DNA of 64,000 bases, from the NCBI GenBank assembly GCA_964292845.1, contig CAXYWC010000003.1, positions 8,734 to 72,733 of the forward strand, given 5' to 3'. The translations under genes were made by a program, and so were the position numbers. Position 1 is the first letter of the stretch. The number at the start of each line of letters is the position of its first letter. Positions 42,921 to 53,223 of the stretch are shown here, one piece after another. Origin of the DNA: an uncultured Flavobacterium sp. Lineage in GTDB: Bacteria > Bacteroidota > Bacteroidia > Flavobacteriales > Flavobacteriaceae. The notes beneath the pieces were generated by a model, which saw only the letters and a program-made list of their open reading frames with translations, was not told the DNA's origin and made no database searches.

Positions 42921-42922
42921 GA

Positions 42923-45900
42923 TTAATTTTTTATTATTCTTTTTACTGTACTTTGGTTTTCTGATGTTATTTTTACAAAATAAATCCCGCTTGAAACATT
43001 TCTCATATCTAAAACAGATTGTGAATTTGCATTTGAAAAATTATTGCGTGATAATATTATTTTGCCCGTAACGTCATAAACATCAACTTTATCGATAGCT
43101 TTATTTCCTGTAGCAATGGCAAATAACCCTGTTGATGGATTAGGATAAATAGCAATGTTTTTTAACTCAAAATCTTGATTAGAAAGAGTTCCGTCTATAA
43201 TAAAATCATCGACAACAACTCCTAATTGATTGGCAGAGTCGTCTGAATGAAATACAATTCTAAAAATCACGTTCGATTGACCTATCAACGCATTTAATGG
43301 GTATGTGTACAATTTTAAGGTAGTATCGGTTCCTGTCCATTGTCCGCCTGGGCAGTTATTACAATCTGTTCCTGAAGTGGCTGGAGTTCTATTACTGTTG
43401 TACCAAGTAGCGCCTTGTGTGCCTAATAAACTCCATGTTTGACCTAGATTTGTAGAATATTGTACATAAACAACATCCCAATTGTTTTCTAAATCGAAAG
43501 CCATTTTGAATTTAATTTGTGGATTTACAGCGTACGTTAAATCATAGCATTGCGAATATAAATACGATTTGGTTACATCTGGATAATTACCTGTAAAATT
43601 TGTAGTGTAAACGTTGTTTGCTGGAGTAGCAAGCACTCCGTTTGTGTTGATGCCTCGTTTCCACTGGCTAGATGTCATACCATCGTTAAATGTTAATAAT
43701 TCTGATGCAACGGCTTCAAAGGTGTTTAATGCACCTATCGTTCCAGGATTATCAATATAGAACGGAGCAATTCCTTTATTGTTATCGGAATACGCATCAC
43801 TATTTATAGTTGCTGTAATATTTAGAGCATATACTCCTTTTGTGTTTACTGAAAAGCTTGGAATGGTAATTGTTTGTGAAGCTCCAGCTACAATAGTCCC
43901 ATTCCAGGTATAATTTTGCGGAGCTCCATTATAATCGTATGAAATAGTTACAGATAAAATAGGGTCTGTTCCTTTATTTTTCACGGTTATTTGTGGAGAA
44001 ACCGTTCCATCGCAACTAATAGTAGTTGTTGGACTTTGAATGGATACTAATGCAATATCGTTAACGGGTACTTCAACAGGTATTGCCGTTTGCCAAACTC
44101 CACGCCCATAAGTGGCTGCTACTAGTTTTCCTTCGTCTAAATTTATTTCTAAATCTTGCACCGAAACATTAGGTAAGTTTGTGTCGAACGGTTCCCATTG
44201 TGTCATTGAATCATCGCGATAATAAACCCCTAACGATGTTCCTATGTAAAGCGGATTAAGTGAATGTCTTCCTTGATGTCTGATTACATTTTTAGCGATT
44301 GCAGGTAAATTGGTTGAAAACGAAGCGAAAGCTGTTCCGCCATTAATCGACTTCAAAGCAAGCCCTGCTGTTCCTGAAGTAGTTAGATAAACAATATTGC
44401 TATTAGAACTATGCACGCAAATGGATGTAATAGTTGATGATGCAGTGTACGTATTTATAAAATTTATCCCTTTATTAGTACTTTTGTACAAACGAGTTCC
44501 GTTTGATACATACATAGTATTGTCGTTACTTGGATCTATGGCAATTAATTCGACATCTCCAGTGCCAATGGTTCCTGCAGATTGTTGCGCCCATGCAGCT
44601 CCGTTTAGTTTGTACAAACGAGAATATCCTGAAAACACTTCGCCTACAGCATTTATAGCCATTGGAGTTACCCAATTCCCTCCATCATCATTAGTGCCTG
44701 TTTCGGCTGCAGGCGCTCCAACACCTGAAGAATTTGAGTTACCCGCATTGGTGCTAATATACATAGAACTCCCAAATTGTATAAAACCGTAATATTTGTT
44801 GCTATTTGTAGGGTCTACGCCTGTATCCATTCCATCGGCTCCGTAATAATTTTTCCAAGCATTGTTGCTAAAAGCATGACCACCATTATCTTGCAAGCCT
44901 CCTACCATATTTCCTGTAGATTGTTTGGAGACGGCTATTTTATAAAATTGACTAATTTGAAGTCCTGCCGTTAAATCTGTAAAATTTACTCCTGAATTGT
45001 TTGATTTGTATATCCCGCCATCTGTTCCTGCATAAAGTGTATTTCCAAAATAGCGTAAAAAATGGATGTCTGCATGAGAATACGAAGCACTTGCTGGTGC
45101 ACTCCAACTATTCATTTTTGTCATAGTGGCTCCGCCATTCGTAGATTTCCAAATATTTAAACAGCCGGTGTAAATTTCGTCAGCATTTGTGGTAGATACC
45201 GCTAATGCTAAATCGTATCCTGATTGTTGAGATTCAAACACATCTGAAGCAGGAGTGGCAACAGATTTTCTATTAAAACTAGTTCCTCCGTCAGTTGATA
45301 AATAAATTCCTTGAAACCCATAATAAGGAGGAATTGCTCCAGTATTAGGAGAGTCTGCACTTAAAATGTAAATATAATTTGCATTTGCTGGTGTAACATC
45401 TAATAATAATCTATTCGAATTAGCGGGCAAACCATTGGTTATGTTGGTAAAACTAGATCCTGTATTGGTCGATTTATAAAATTCAAAATCACTCACAGCA
45501 TACACATTGGTTGGGTCATTGGGTTTTAAACGTAAAGAACCTTGGGAGAAATTTCCTGCTTGAACATTTGTCCAAGAAGTACCTCCATTGGTTGTTTTGA
45601 ATATTCCTGCATCTGTTGCGCACCAAAGAATTTGATTGTTTGTAGGATGTATTACTATATCTCCAGCCGAAGATACTCCTGTCATTGCGCCAGTAACAGT
45701 CCACGTTGTTCCGCCATCAATCGATTTGTAAACTCCCACAAAAGCTGTATCACCGCCATCTTTATCTCCTGTAGCAATATAGAGTGTATTAGCATTAGAA
45801 TAATCGACTGCAATTCCTGAAACGCCTATTTGTGGAAAATTATCGGTAAGGGGCAACCAAGTGCTACCAAGATTTATCGATTTCCATATTCCTCCAGCTG

Positions 45901-46354
45901 GCGAACCTGCGTATACAGTATTTGCATCTGATGGATCCACACAAACCACATTAACTCTTCCTTGTCCAGACGACCAAGAACCTGTGTTTGTATGTGTAAA
46001 TGGTCCTGTTGGAATCCAATTACTTGCAGGTAAAGCTAAAGCAGATTTATTACTTTTTAATCCTTTTTTTTGTTGCCAAACGGCCATAAATTCCTCGGAT
46101 GAAATTATTTTTCCATCTTCTTTTACAAGATTTTTCCAATAATTTTCCCATCGTTTGAATGGTTTATAGCCAGATCCCTTTTCGGAATGATCTTTATCTT
46201 TCCAATATTCGTTAAATGAATTAACAATAGCATCAAAAGTGACTTCTTGTTTTTGCTTGCTTATATTTTGCATCCAAGGGGCATTGGTAATAACTTGAGA
46301 ATATCCAGTTGTAATGAATGCTAATAATGCAATAAGGGGGTATATTTTTCTCAT
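42923..46354 (-). CDS. T9SS-secreted BNR/Asp-box (Vps10-like) beta-propeller protein
   Basis: ATG 46354 gives a signal peptide (MRKIYPLIALLAFITTGYSQ). About 9 S/T-x-D/N-G-G-x-T/S-W/F Asp-boxes, an Ig/CARDB-like segment, a beta-sandwich domain and a type A CTD (IYPNP...VYDVTGK...GIYFVKI...KRIIKN). Confidence 0.85.
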   Translation of the reverse strand: MRKIYPLIALLAFITTGYSQVITNAPWMQNISKQKQEVTFDAIVNSFNEYWKDKDHSEKGSGYKPFKRWENYWKNLVKEDGKIISSEEFMAVWQQKKGLKSNKSALALPASNWIPTGPFTHTNTGSWSSGQGRVNVVCVDPSDANTVYAGSPAGGIWKSINLGSTWLPLTDNFPQIGVSGIAVDYSNANTLYIATGDKDGGDTAFVGVYKSIDGGTTWTVTGAMTGVSSAGDIVIHPTNNQILWCATDAGIFKTTNGGTSWTNVQAGNFSQGSLRLKPNDPTNVYAVSDFEFYKSTNTGSSFTNITNGLPANSNRLLLDVTPANANYIYILSADSPNTGAIPPYYGFQGIYLSTDGGTSFNRKSVATPASDVFESQQSGYDLALAVSTTNADEIYTGCLNIWKSTNGGATMTKMNSWSAPASASYSHADIHFLRYFGNTLYAGTDGGIYKSNNSGVNFTDLTAGLQISQFYKIAVSKQSTGNMVGGLQDNGGHAFSNNAWKNYYGADGMDTGVDPTNSNKYYGFIQFGSSMYISTNAGNSNSSGVGAPAAETGTNDDGGNWVTPMAINAVGEVFSGYSRLYKLNGAAWAQQSAGTIGTGDVELIAIDPSNDNTMYVSNGTRLYKSTNKGINFINTYTASSTITSICVHSSNSNIVYLTTSGTAGLALKSINGGTAFASFSTNLPAIAKNVIRHQGRHSLNPLYIGTSLGVYYRDDSMTQWEPFDTNLPNVSVQDLEINLDEGKLVAATYGRGVWQTAIPVEVPVNDIALVSIQSPTTTISCDGTVSPQITVKNKGTDPILSVTISYDYNGAPQNYTWNGTIVAGASQTITIPSFSVNTKGVYALNITATINSDAYSDNNKGIAPFYIDNPGTIGALNTFEAVASELLTFNDGMTSSQWKRGINTNGVLATPANNVYTTNFTGNYPDVTKSYLYSQCYDLTYAVNPQIKFKMAFDLENNWDVVYVQYSTNLGQTWSLLGTQGATWYNSNRTPATSGTDCNNCPGGQWTGTDTTLKLYTYPLNALIGQSNVIFRIVFHSDDSANQLGVVVDDFIIDGTLSNQDFELKNIAIYPNPSTGLFAIATGNKAIDKVDVYDVTGKIILSRNNFSNANSQSVLDMRNVSSGIYFVKITSENQSTVKRIIKN

Positions 46355-46476
46355 TTTGCCGTGTGTTTTTGTCAAAAATAGTAAGTATTTTTCACTTCTC
46401 TGCTTTTTTAACATTGATTTCGAAATAGTTTGAGGCAAAATAATTTGAATTGGTGTATTTTTGCAAAAAAACTAGC

Positions 46477-47139
46477 ATGATTTCTTTTTTACGAAAATTT
46501 AAAACGTTATTCGTTGTCTTATCCATTCTATCGGTTATTATAATTGGTTTGTTTTATAATGTTTTAAACAGAAAAACACTTCCTGTTTTTACACCATCGA
46601 TGGTAAATCCTGAAATGGTTGACACGACAATTCAGTATATTGCAAATAAGCACACCATTGCTGATTTTGCCTTTACCAATCAAAACGGTAAAGTAATTAC
46701 ACAAAACGAGTATAAAGGAAAAATATATGTAGCCGATTTCTTTTTCACCACTTGCGGCACCATTTGCCCCATGATGACCGATAATATGGTGTGGTTGCAA
46801 GAACAAATTAAAGACAATCCGAAAGTAATGCTTCTCTCCCATTCAGTAACTCCAGACATAGATAGCGTTTCTGTACTAAAAGAATATGCTAGAAAAAAAG
46901 GCGTTATTGATGCCAAATGGAATCTTGTAACAGGCAATAAAAAAGATATTTATTATATTGCTAGAAAATCGTACCTCGCTGTTAAAACTGGAAATTCATC
47001 GGAATTGTATGATATGGTACACACTGAAAATTTTGTTTTAGTAGACCAAAAAAGAAGAGTTCGTGGTTTTTATGACGGCACAAAAAGAGAAGAAGTAGAA
47101 CAGCTTTTGAAGGATATAAATTGGTTGCTCGAAAACTAA
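46477..47139 (+). CDS. SCO family copper chaperone
   Basis: N-terminal TM anchor, FFTTCGTICP (CxxxC), SHSVTP..D, HTENFVLVD. Confidence 0.93.
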   Translation: MISFLRKFKTLFVVLSILSVIIIGLFYNVLNRKTLPVFTPSMVNPEMVDTTIQYIANKHTIADFAFTNQNGKVITQNEYKGKIYVADFFFTTCGTICPMMTDNMVWLQEQIKDNPKVMLLSHSVTPDIDSVSVLKEYARKKGVIDAKWNLVTGNKKDIYYIARKSYLAVKTGNSSELYDMVHTENFVLVDQKRRVRGFYDGTKREEVEQLLKDINWLLEN

Positions 47140-47207
47140 AATTAAACTGATTTTTACCGAAATACTGCAAAGATGATTTTTATCATATTTAGTACTATTA
47201 TTATTCC

Positions 47208-47238
47208 TACTTTTGTGTAATTTTAATTCAATCTAAAT
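47208..47238 (+). promoter_or_regulatory. feoAB promoter with downstream Fur-like box
   Basis: -7 element TACTTTTG at 47208-47215. ATTTTAATTCAATCTAAAT (47220-47238) is 14/19 to the recalled Flavobacteriales Fur palindrome and lies directly before the GTG start. Confidence 0.45.
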
Positions 47239-47240
47239 AA

Positions 47241-47483
47241 GTGAAACTAAGCGTAGCACAATTACAAAAAGGGCAGAAAGGCATCATACAAGATTTTAAC
47301 ATCGATTTAATTCCGTTAAAACTATTAGAAATGGGTTGCTTGCCAGGGAACGAAGTCCAGTTGCTTCAAGTAGCTCCGTTTGGTGACCCTTTGTACTTAA
47401 CGATAAACGATTGTCATGTGGCCATTCGATTAGAAACCGCTTCGGTTATTCATGTTGAAATTGCTAAAGAATCCGAATTGTAA
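47241..47483 (+). CDS. feoA: Ferrous iron transport protein A
   Basis: KLLEMGCLPG, APFGDPL, AIRLE. Stop overlaps the feoB start. Confidence 0.92.
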   Translation: MKLSVAQLQKGQKGIIQDFNIDLIPLKLLEMGCLPGNEVQLLQVAPFGDPLYLTINDCHVAIRLETASVIHVEIAKESEL

Positions 47484-49576
47484 TGAAAGTAGGAAACATT
47501 AATATTGCATTAATTGGAAACCCAAATGTTGGAAAAACATCGGTATTCAACCAACTTACAGGATTAAATCAGCAAGTAGGAAACTACCCAGGGATTACCG
47601 TCGAAAAAAAACAAGGTATTTGCAAATTATCGTCCAATCTTAAAGCTACAATTTTAGATTTGCCTGGAACGTATAGCCTAAACGCCAGTTCGCTAGATGA
47701 AAATGTTGTTATCGAGTTACTTTTAAATAAAAACGACAAGGACTATCCCGATGTTGCAATTGTAGTTACTGAAGTAGAGAATTTAAAACGAAATTTATTG
47801 CTTTTTACTCAAGTAAAAGATTTAGAAATCCCTACTATTCTAGTGATAAACATGTCGGATAGAATGGCTTACAAAGGAATTTCACTCGACATTCCATACC
47901 TAGAATCCCAACTTAAAACTAAGATTGCTTTAGTTAGTTCTCGCAAAGGATTAGGTATTGAAACATTAAAAAATTTGATTGTAAAATATAAAAATATCCC
48001 TACAGAACCTTGTTTAAATGCTTCTAATATTGATATTCCATATTTTAACAGCTTACGAAAAACATTTCCAAACCAATCGTTATATAAATTATGGTTGGTT
48101 ATTACACAAGATGTAAATTTTGCCAACTTAAATAAAAACGAGGTAGCCAATTCATCTTTTACAAAATCAAAGGAAGACTTAAAAAGACTGCAACAAAAAG
48201 AAACCATAAAACGCTATCAGTTTATTAACGATGTTTTGAAGGTTGGACAAAAAATAGACTTGGCTTCTGCCAAAGATTTACGGAGCAAACTCGACAGAAT
48301 TTTAATGCACAAAGTATTTGGCTATGTCATTTTTTTCTTGATTTTGATGCTTATTTTTCAGTCTATTTTTGATTGGTCAAGTATCCCTATGGATTTTATA
48401 GACAGTTCGTTTGCTTCTTTAAGTTCGTGGACACAATCTAAATTACCAGCAGGAGTTTTGACTAATCTTATTGTGCAAGGAATTATCCCTGGTTTAGGCG
48501 GAATTGCTATTTTTATTCCTCAAATAGTTTTCTTATTCCTATTTATATCCATACTCGAAGAAAGTGGCTACATGAGCCGAGTAGTTTTTTTGATGGATAA
48601 ATCCATGAGGCGATTTGGATTGTCTGGCAAAAGTGTCGTGCCGCTTATATCAGGAACCGCTTGCGCTATTCCCGCCATTATGGCAACTCGAAATATCGAA
48701 AATTGGAAAGAACGACTCATTACAATTCTAGTAACGCCGTTTACTACTTGTTCCGCAAGACTGCCTGTTTATTCCATCATTATAGCGTTGGTAATTCCAA
48801 ACACGCGTCTTTTTGGTTTATTCAATTTGCAAGGACTAACACTCATGATTTTGTATTTGTTGGGCTTCGGAATGGCTTTGCTATCGGCTTGGATTTTAAA
48901 TAAAATACTGAAAATTGAATCCAAATCCTATTTTGTAGTCGAAATGCCTAATTACAAATTGCCTTTGTTCAAAAATGTTGGGATTAACGTGGTTGAAAAA
49001 ACAAAAGCCTTTATTTTTGGTGCCGGAAAAATTATTTTAGCCTTTTCTGTAATATTATGGTTTTTAGCTTCCTATGGTCCTGATGGCGATTTTAAAAACG
49101 CAGAAGAAATCGTTTCAAAACAATCCCTTTCTACCGAAAATTTAGAAAACAATATAGCTTCTTACAAACTAGAACATTCCTATATAGGAATTATAGGAAA
49201 ATCAATAGAACCTGCTATTGCACCCTTAGGATACGATTGGAAAATTGGAATTGCCATCGTAACCTCGTTTGCAGCTCGCGAAGTATTTGTAGGAACACTT
49301 GCTACTATATATAGCGTAAAAGAATCTGGAAATCAAGAAGATACTATAAAAAACAAACTTGCTTCCGAGATTAATCCAACCACTGGAGAGAAACTTTTTA
49401 ATCTAGCTTCTGGGGTTTCTTTACTGCTTTTTTATGTATTTGCCATGCAATGTATGAGTACCCTTGCCATTACCAGAAAAGAAACTAATTCGTGGAAATG
49501 GCCTCTAATTCAGCTAGTTTTTATGACCGGATTTGCTTATACTATGGCGCTAATAGCGTATCAAATACTAAAATAA
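47483..49576 (+). CDS. feoB: Ferrous iron transport protein B
   Basis: GNPNVGKTS, VGNYPGITVE, DLPGTYSL GTPase motifs. TM region with LEESGY, CAIPAIMATR, CSARLP, REVFVGTL. Confidence 0.97.
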   Translation: MKVGNINIALIGNPNVGKTSVFNQLTGLNQQVGNYPGITVEKKQGICKLSSNLKATILDLPGTYSLNASSLDENVVIELLLNKNDKDYPDVAIVVTEVENLKRNLLLFTQVKDLEIPTILVINMSDRMAYKGISLDIPYLESQLKTKIALVSSRKGLGIETLKNLIVKYKNIPTEPCLNASNIDIPYFNSLRKTFPNQSLYKLWLVITQDVNFANLNKNEVANSSFTKSKEDLKRLQQKETIKRYQFINDVLKVGQKIDLASAKDLRSKLDRILMHKVFGYVIFFLILMLIFQSIFDWSSIPMDFIDSSFASLSSWTQSKLPAGVLTNLIVQGIIPGLGGIAIFIPQIVFLFLFISILEESGYMSRVVFLMDKSMRRFGLSGKSVVPLISGTACAIPAIMATRNIENWKERLITILVTPFTTCSARLPVYSIIIALVIPNTRLFGLFNLQGLTLMILYLLGFGMALLSAWILNKILKIESKSYFVVEMPNYKLPLFKNVGINVVEKTKAFIFGAGKIILAFSVILWFLASYGPDGDFKNAEEIVSKQSLSTENLENNIASYKLEHSYIGIIGKSIEPAIAPLGYDWKIGIAIVTSFAAREVFVGTLATIYSVKESGNQEDTIKNKLASEINPTTGEKLFNLASGVSLLLFYVFAMQCMSTLAITRKETNSWKWPLIQLVFMTGFAYTMALIAYQILK

Positions 49577-49695
49577 TGATACAAGAAATAATAGCCTTTG
49601 GACTTCTTATCCTTTCAGTACTATTTTTAATCTGGAAATTTTTTATTCTGAAAAAAACTGAAAAAAACTGTAACTCTACATGTAGCTGCAAGTAA
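49576..49695 (+). CDS. FeoB-associated Cys-rich small membrane protein
   Basis: ATG overlaps the feoB stop (TAATG). 39 aa MIQEIIAFGLLILSVLFLIWKFFILKKTEKNCNSTCSCK: one TM helix plus a CxxxCxC tail. Confidence 0.8.
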   Translation: MIQEIIAFGLLILSVLFLIWKFFILKKTEKNCNSTCSCK

Positions 49696-49759
49696 TTTTT
49701 ATTATCTAGAATATAATTGTTTCTAGAGAAATTAAGTTTTTCTAAGTTCACTATACCAT

Positions 49760-49800
49760 AAAAAACGCCTTAATTCATATTGCATGTATTAAGGCGTTTT
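49760..49800. terminator. Bidirectional terminator between the feo operon and glyQS
   Basis: AAAAACGCCTTAAT...ATTAAGGCGTTTT inverted repeat. Confidence 0.75.
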
Positions 49801-49823
49801 AAGTAATTATATTCGTTAAGAAA

Positions 49824-51365
49824 CTACATCTTCATCAACCAATTTTTAACTGAAACTTCATTGTTAATAATATCTCGTAATTCAGAAATCTTAACTCGAT
49901 CTTGTTTCATAGTATCACGATGGCGAATAGTTACTGTTTCGTCTTCTAATGTTTGATGATCGACTGTAATACAAAATGGAGTTCCTAACGCGTCTTGTCT
50001 TCTATATCGTCTTCCAACAGCGTCTTTCTCGTCGTAAGCCACATTGAAATCCCATTTTAAATCTTCGATAATTTTTCTAGCCACTTCTGGCAAACCGTCT
50101 TTTTTTACCAATGGTAAAACGGCAGCTTTTGTAGGTGCTAAAACGGATGGTAATTGTAAAACTGTTCTTGTTGAACCGTCTTCTAGCGTTTCTTCTTTTA
50201 ATGAATTGGAGAAAACTGCCAAGAACATTCTGTCTAATCCAACTGAAGTTTCTACCACGTATGGTGTGTAATTTGAATTGGTTTCGGTATCAAAATATTG
50301 TAATTTTTTTCCTGAAAACTTCTCATGCGCTTTTAAATCGAAATCAGTTCTAGAATGAATTCCTTCTAGTTCTTTGAATCCAAATGGGAAATTAAATTCA
50401 ATATCCGCAGCAGCATTAGCATAATGTGCTAATTTTTCATGGTCATGAAAACGGTAATTTTCTTTTCCTAATCCAAGGGATAAATGCCAATTCAAACGGG
50501 TGGTTTTCCAATATTCGTAATACTTCATCTCTTCGCCTGGTTTTACAAAAAATTGCATTTCCATTTGTTCGAATTCACGCATTCTAAATATAAATTGACG
50601 AGCTACTATTTCGTTTCTAAAGGCTTTCCCGGTTTGTGCAATTCCGAATGGAATTTTCATACGACCAGATTTTTGAACGTTTAAGAAGTTTACAAAAATA
50701 CCTTGTGCGGTTTCTGGACGCAAATACAATTCCATAGCAGATTCTGCTGAGGCTCCAATTTTTGTTCCAAACATTAGGTTAAATTGCTTTACTTCGGTCC
50801 AATTTCTTGACCCTGAATCTGGACAAGCAATTTCTAATTCTTCGATTAACGCTTTTACGTCAGCTAGATTTTCTGTTTCTAACGAACGAGCCATTCTGGC
50901 TAAAATTTCGTTCTTTTTAGACAGATATTCTACTACACGAGCGTTTGTAGTCACAAATTCCTCACGATTAAAGCTCTCGCCAAAGCGAATACTTGCTTTT
51001 TCGATTTCTTTTTCGGCTTTTTGGTTTAATTTTTCGGCATAATCCTCAATTAAAACATCGGCTCTGTATCTTTTTTTGGAGTCTTTATTGTCTATTAATG
51101 GGTCGTTGAAAGCATCTACGTGACCTGAAGCTTTCCAAGTTGTGGGATGCATTAATATTGCAGCGTCAATTCCTACAATATTTTCGTGCATTTGCACCAT
51201 CGATTTCCACCAATATTCTCGTATGTTTTTCTTTAGTTCTGCACCGTTTTGAGCGTAATCATACACTGCGCTCAAACCATCGTAAATTTCGCTTGACGGA
51301 AAAATAAATCCGTATTCTTTTGCGTGTGAAATTACGTTCTTAAATAAGTCATCTTGTTTTGCCAT
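49824..51365 (-). CDS. glyQS: Glycine--tRNA ligase, alpha2 (class II homodimeric) type
   Basis: YDYAQNGAELK, YLRPETAQGIF, GKAFRNEI..RQFIFRMREFEQME, ELEGIHSR, C-terminal anticodon domain GRRYRRQDALGTP. ATG 51365 preferred. Confidence 0.97.
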   Translation of the reverse strand: MAKQDDLFKNVISHAKEYGFIFPSSEIYDGLSAVYDYAQNGAELKKNIREYWWKSMVQMHENIVGIDAAILMHPTTWKASGHVDAFNDPLIDNKDSKKRYRADVLIEDYAEKLNQKAEKEIEKASIRFGESFNREEFVTTNARVVEYLSKKNEILARMARSLETENLADVKALIEELEIACPDSGSRNWTEVKQFNLMFGTKIGASAESAMELYLRPETAQGIFVNFLNVQKSGRMKIPFGIAQTGKAFRNEIVARQFIFRMREFEQMEMQFFVKPGEEMKYYEYWKTTRLNWHLSLGLGKENYRFHDHEKLAHYANAAADIEFNFPFGFKELEGIHSRTDFDLKAHEKFSGKKLQYFDTETNSNYTPYVVETSVGLDRMFLAVFSNSLKEETLEDGSTRTVLQLPSVLAPTKAAVLPLVKKDGLPEVARKIIEDLKWDFNVAYDEKDAVGRRYRRQDALGTPFCITVDHQTLEDETVTIRHRDTMKQDRVKISELRDIINNEVSVKNWLMKM

Positions 51366-51548
51366 GGTGCAAAAATAAGAAAAGAGAATGAAAATTTTAG
51401 AAAAAAGAATCAAAAAAAAGATTGATTGCAGGTAAGAGTAAAAAAATATTTTTTAGTGTGTTTGCTAAAAAATTTACCGCAAATTCAAAAGCAAAATTAA
51501 CCTTTATAAGTAATATACCTGATTTGCGATAAAATTTATTTTCAAGTA

Positions 51549-52391
51549 CTATTTTAGAGAGAAAACGGTATTACCTATTAAATTGATGCCTGAGAAAATG
51601 TTTATTTCATAATCGCCTTTAGACATATCTTCTTTGTTAGGGTCTACAAAAACACAAACGTCTAACTCTTCGTTATCATAAAAAATATTAGTTTTTGCAC
51701 TAAAATCAAGTAATTTATCTCCAGATGTATAAGATTCTCCTATTTTGCTTACCACCTTATTATTGGGATTTACAATTTGAATATAGATGTCTTTATTCCC
51801 TTTTAAAGCGGCTTTATTTTCTAATAAGGTAAAGCATACTTTTATTTGTTCTGTACTACTGAAACGCCTGGTTTCTATAATATTATTAGATACTATTTTG
51901 ATGCCATTTGCATACACATTGGTTGCTGTTAGATTTTTAGATACTGAAAGTGTATTTTCGTTGGTTGCATTTTGTTTTTGCAACTCTTTGTTTTTAGTGG
52001 CTAAATCCGCTATTTGACTGTGTAGTGTTCTAGTATTGTTTTGTTCGCTTTTTAGTGCTTTTTTGAGTGAATCTATTGTGGAATAGTTGTTTTTTACATT
52101 TGTAGTAATTATGCTTTGATTATTTTTACTACTTTCTTTAGTATTTGTAATTTCTGTTTTTGTGGCGAACGTTTTTAAGGCTAGTACTTCTTTGTTTTTT
52201 ATCACTGCCGAATCATAACGATTGAAAATTTCTTTCAAATCATTAGTGTATATTTTTTTGTCTAACTGAATTGTTTCCTCAAGTTTTTTATTTTTACTTT
52301 GGCTATCGTAATATTTCGCAACAAAGACAATTGCTATCGAAACGAAAACAATTGACACGAGGTTGGCAGGTATTGAGTTTTTTACGTTCAT
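51549..52391 (-). CDS. Hypothetical membrane-anchored coiled-coil protein with C-terminal beta-sandwich
   Basis: One N-terminal TM helix, coiled-coil/low-complexity middle, C-terminal IKVCFTL...IYIQIVNP...GDYEINIF. Start uncertain (52391 or 52421). Confidence 0.7.
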   Translation of the reverse strand: MNVKNSIPANLVSIVFVSIAIVFVAKYYDSQSKNKKLEETIQLDKKIYTNDLKEIFNRYDSAVIKNKEVLALKTFATKTEITNTKESSKNNQSIITTNVKNNYSTIDSLKKALKSEQNNTRTLHSQIADLATKNKELQKQNATNENTLSVSKNLTATNVYANGIKIVSNNIIETRRFSSTEQIKVCFTLLENKAALKGNKDIYIQIVNPNNKVVSKIGESYTSGDKLLDFSAKTNIFYDNEELDVCVFVDPNKEDMSKGDYEINIFSGINLIGNTVFSLK

Positions 52392-52463
52392 TATTGAATG
52401 AAATAAAGTATAGTTTAACAAACATAAATATGTTTTTGTATTGTTCCAAATAAAATCGATAAA

Positions 52464-53147
52464 ATGCTAAAAAATCTGATAAAATTATTCTATCCTAAAA
52501 TTTGCTCTGGTTGCCATACTATTTTATTGCAGCATGAAAATATGATTTGTGTGTTGTGCAGACATGATTTACCGGTAACAAATCATCTGACAAAAACCGA
52601 AAATGAGTCCTTTAAAAAATTTTACGGACGATTGCCTGTCGAACATGTTTCGGCAATGCTTTATTACCACAAAAAAGGAGTTGTACAACAGTTGATACAT
52701 AACTTAAAATACAAAAACCATCAGGAAATAGGTGCTATTTTAGGAAACTGGTATGCTGATGATCTAAAAACAATTGAGATTTTAGAAACCGTAAATTACG
52801 TTATTCCTGTTCCTTTGCATAAAAAAAGATTGAAAGAACGAGGTTATAATCAAGTAACTACATTTGGAAAAACAATAGCAATAGCCCTTGAGAAACAATA
52901 TAACGATACCATTTTAGTTAGAAACGAATATACATTAACGCAAACTAAAAAAACGCTACTCGACAGAAATGCTATCTCAGAAAATACCTTTGAAGCTGTT
53001 TTTTCAGAAAAGCATTACAACCAACATTTTTTACTCATCGACGATGTGCTTACCACTGGCGCAACACTTGAAGCTTGTGGTAAAGCAATCTTAAAAATCC
53101 CCGGGGCAAAGCTTAGTATAATAACTATAGCAATGTCGCAATCTTAA
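52464..53147 (+). CDS. comF: ComF family phosphoribosyltransferase-like protein
   Basis: N-terminal CSGC...CVLC zinc knuckle, IPVPLH, RGYNQ, LLIDDVLTTGATL. Confidence 0.92.
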   Translation: MLKNLIKLFYPKICSGCHTILLQHENMICVLCRHDLPVTNHLTKTENESFKKFYGRLPVEHVSAMLYYHKKGVVQQLIHNLKYKNHQEIGAILGNWYADDLKTIEILETVNYVIPVPLHKKRLKERGYNQVTTFGKTIAIALEKQYNDTILVRNEYTLTQTKKTLLDRNAISENTFEAVFSEKHYNQHFLLIDDVLTTGATLEACGKAILKIPGAKLSIITIAMSQS

Positions 53148-53223
53148 TTATTCTTAAAAAAATTAAAATTATTTCGTTTCCACTAAATATAGTTGTTATT
53201 TTGTACTGAGTAAATCGCGTTTT

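Noticed and set aside
46477-47483. SCO copper chaperone next to feoAB as a possible Cu/Fe operon
   Set aside because: A separate consensus promoter lies between sco and feoA, so adjacency alone does not imply a shared system.
49705-49727. TCTAGAA-9 nt-TTCTAGA inverted repeat after the feo operon
   Set aside because: Located between convergent genes next to a proper terminator, with no promoter context; no supportable function.
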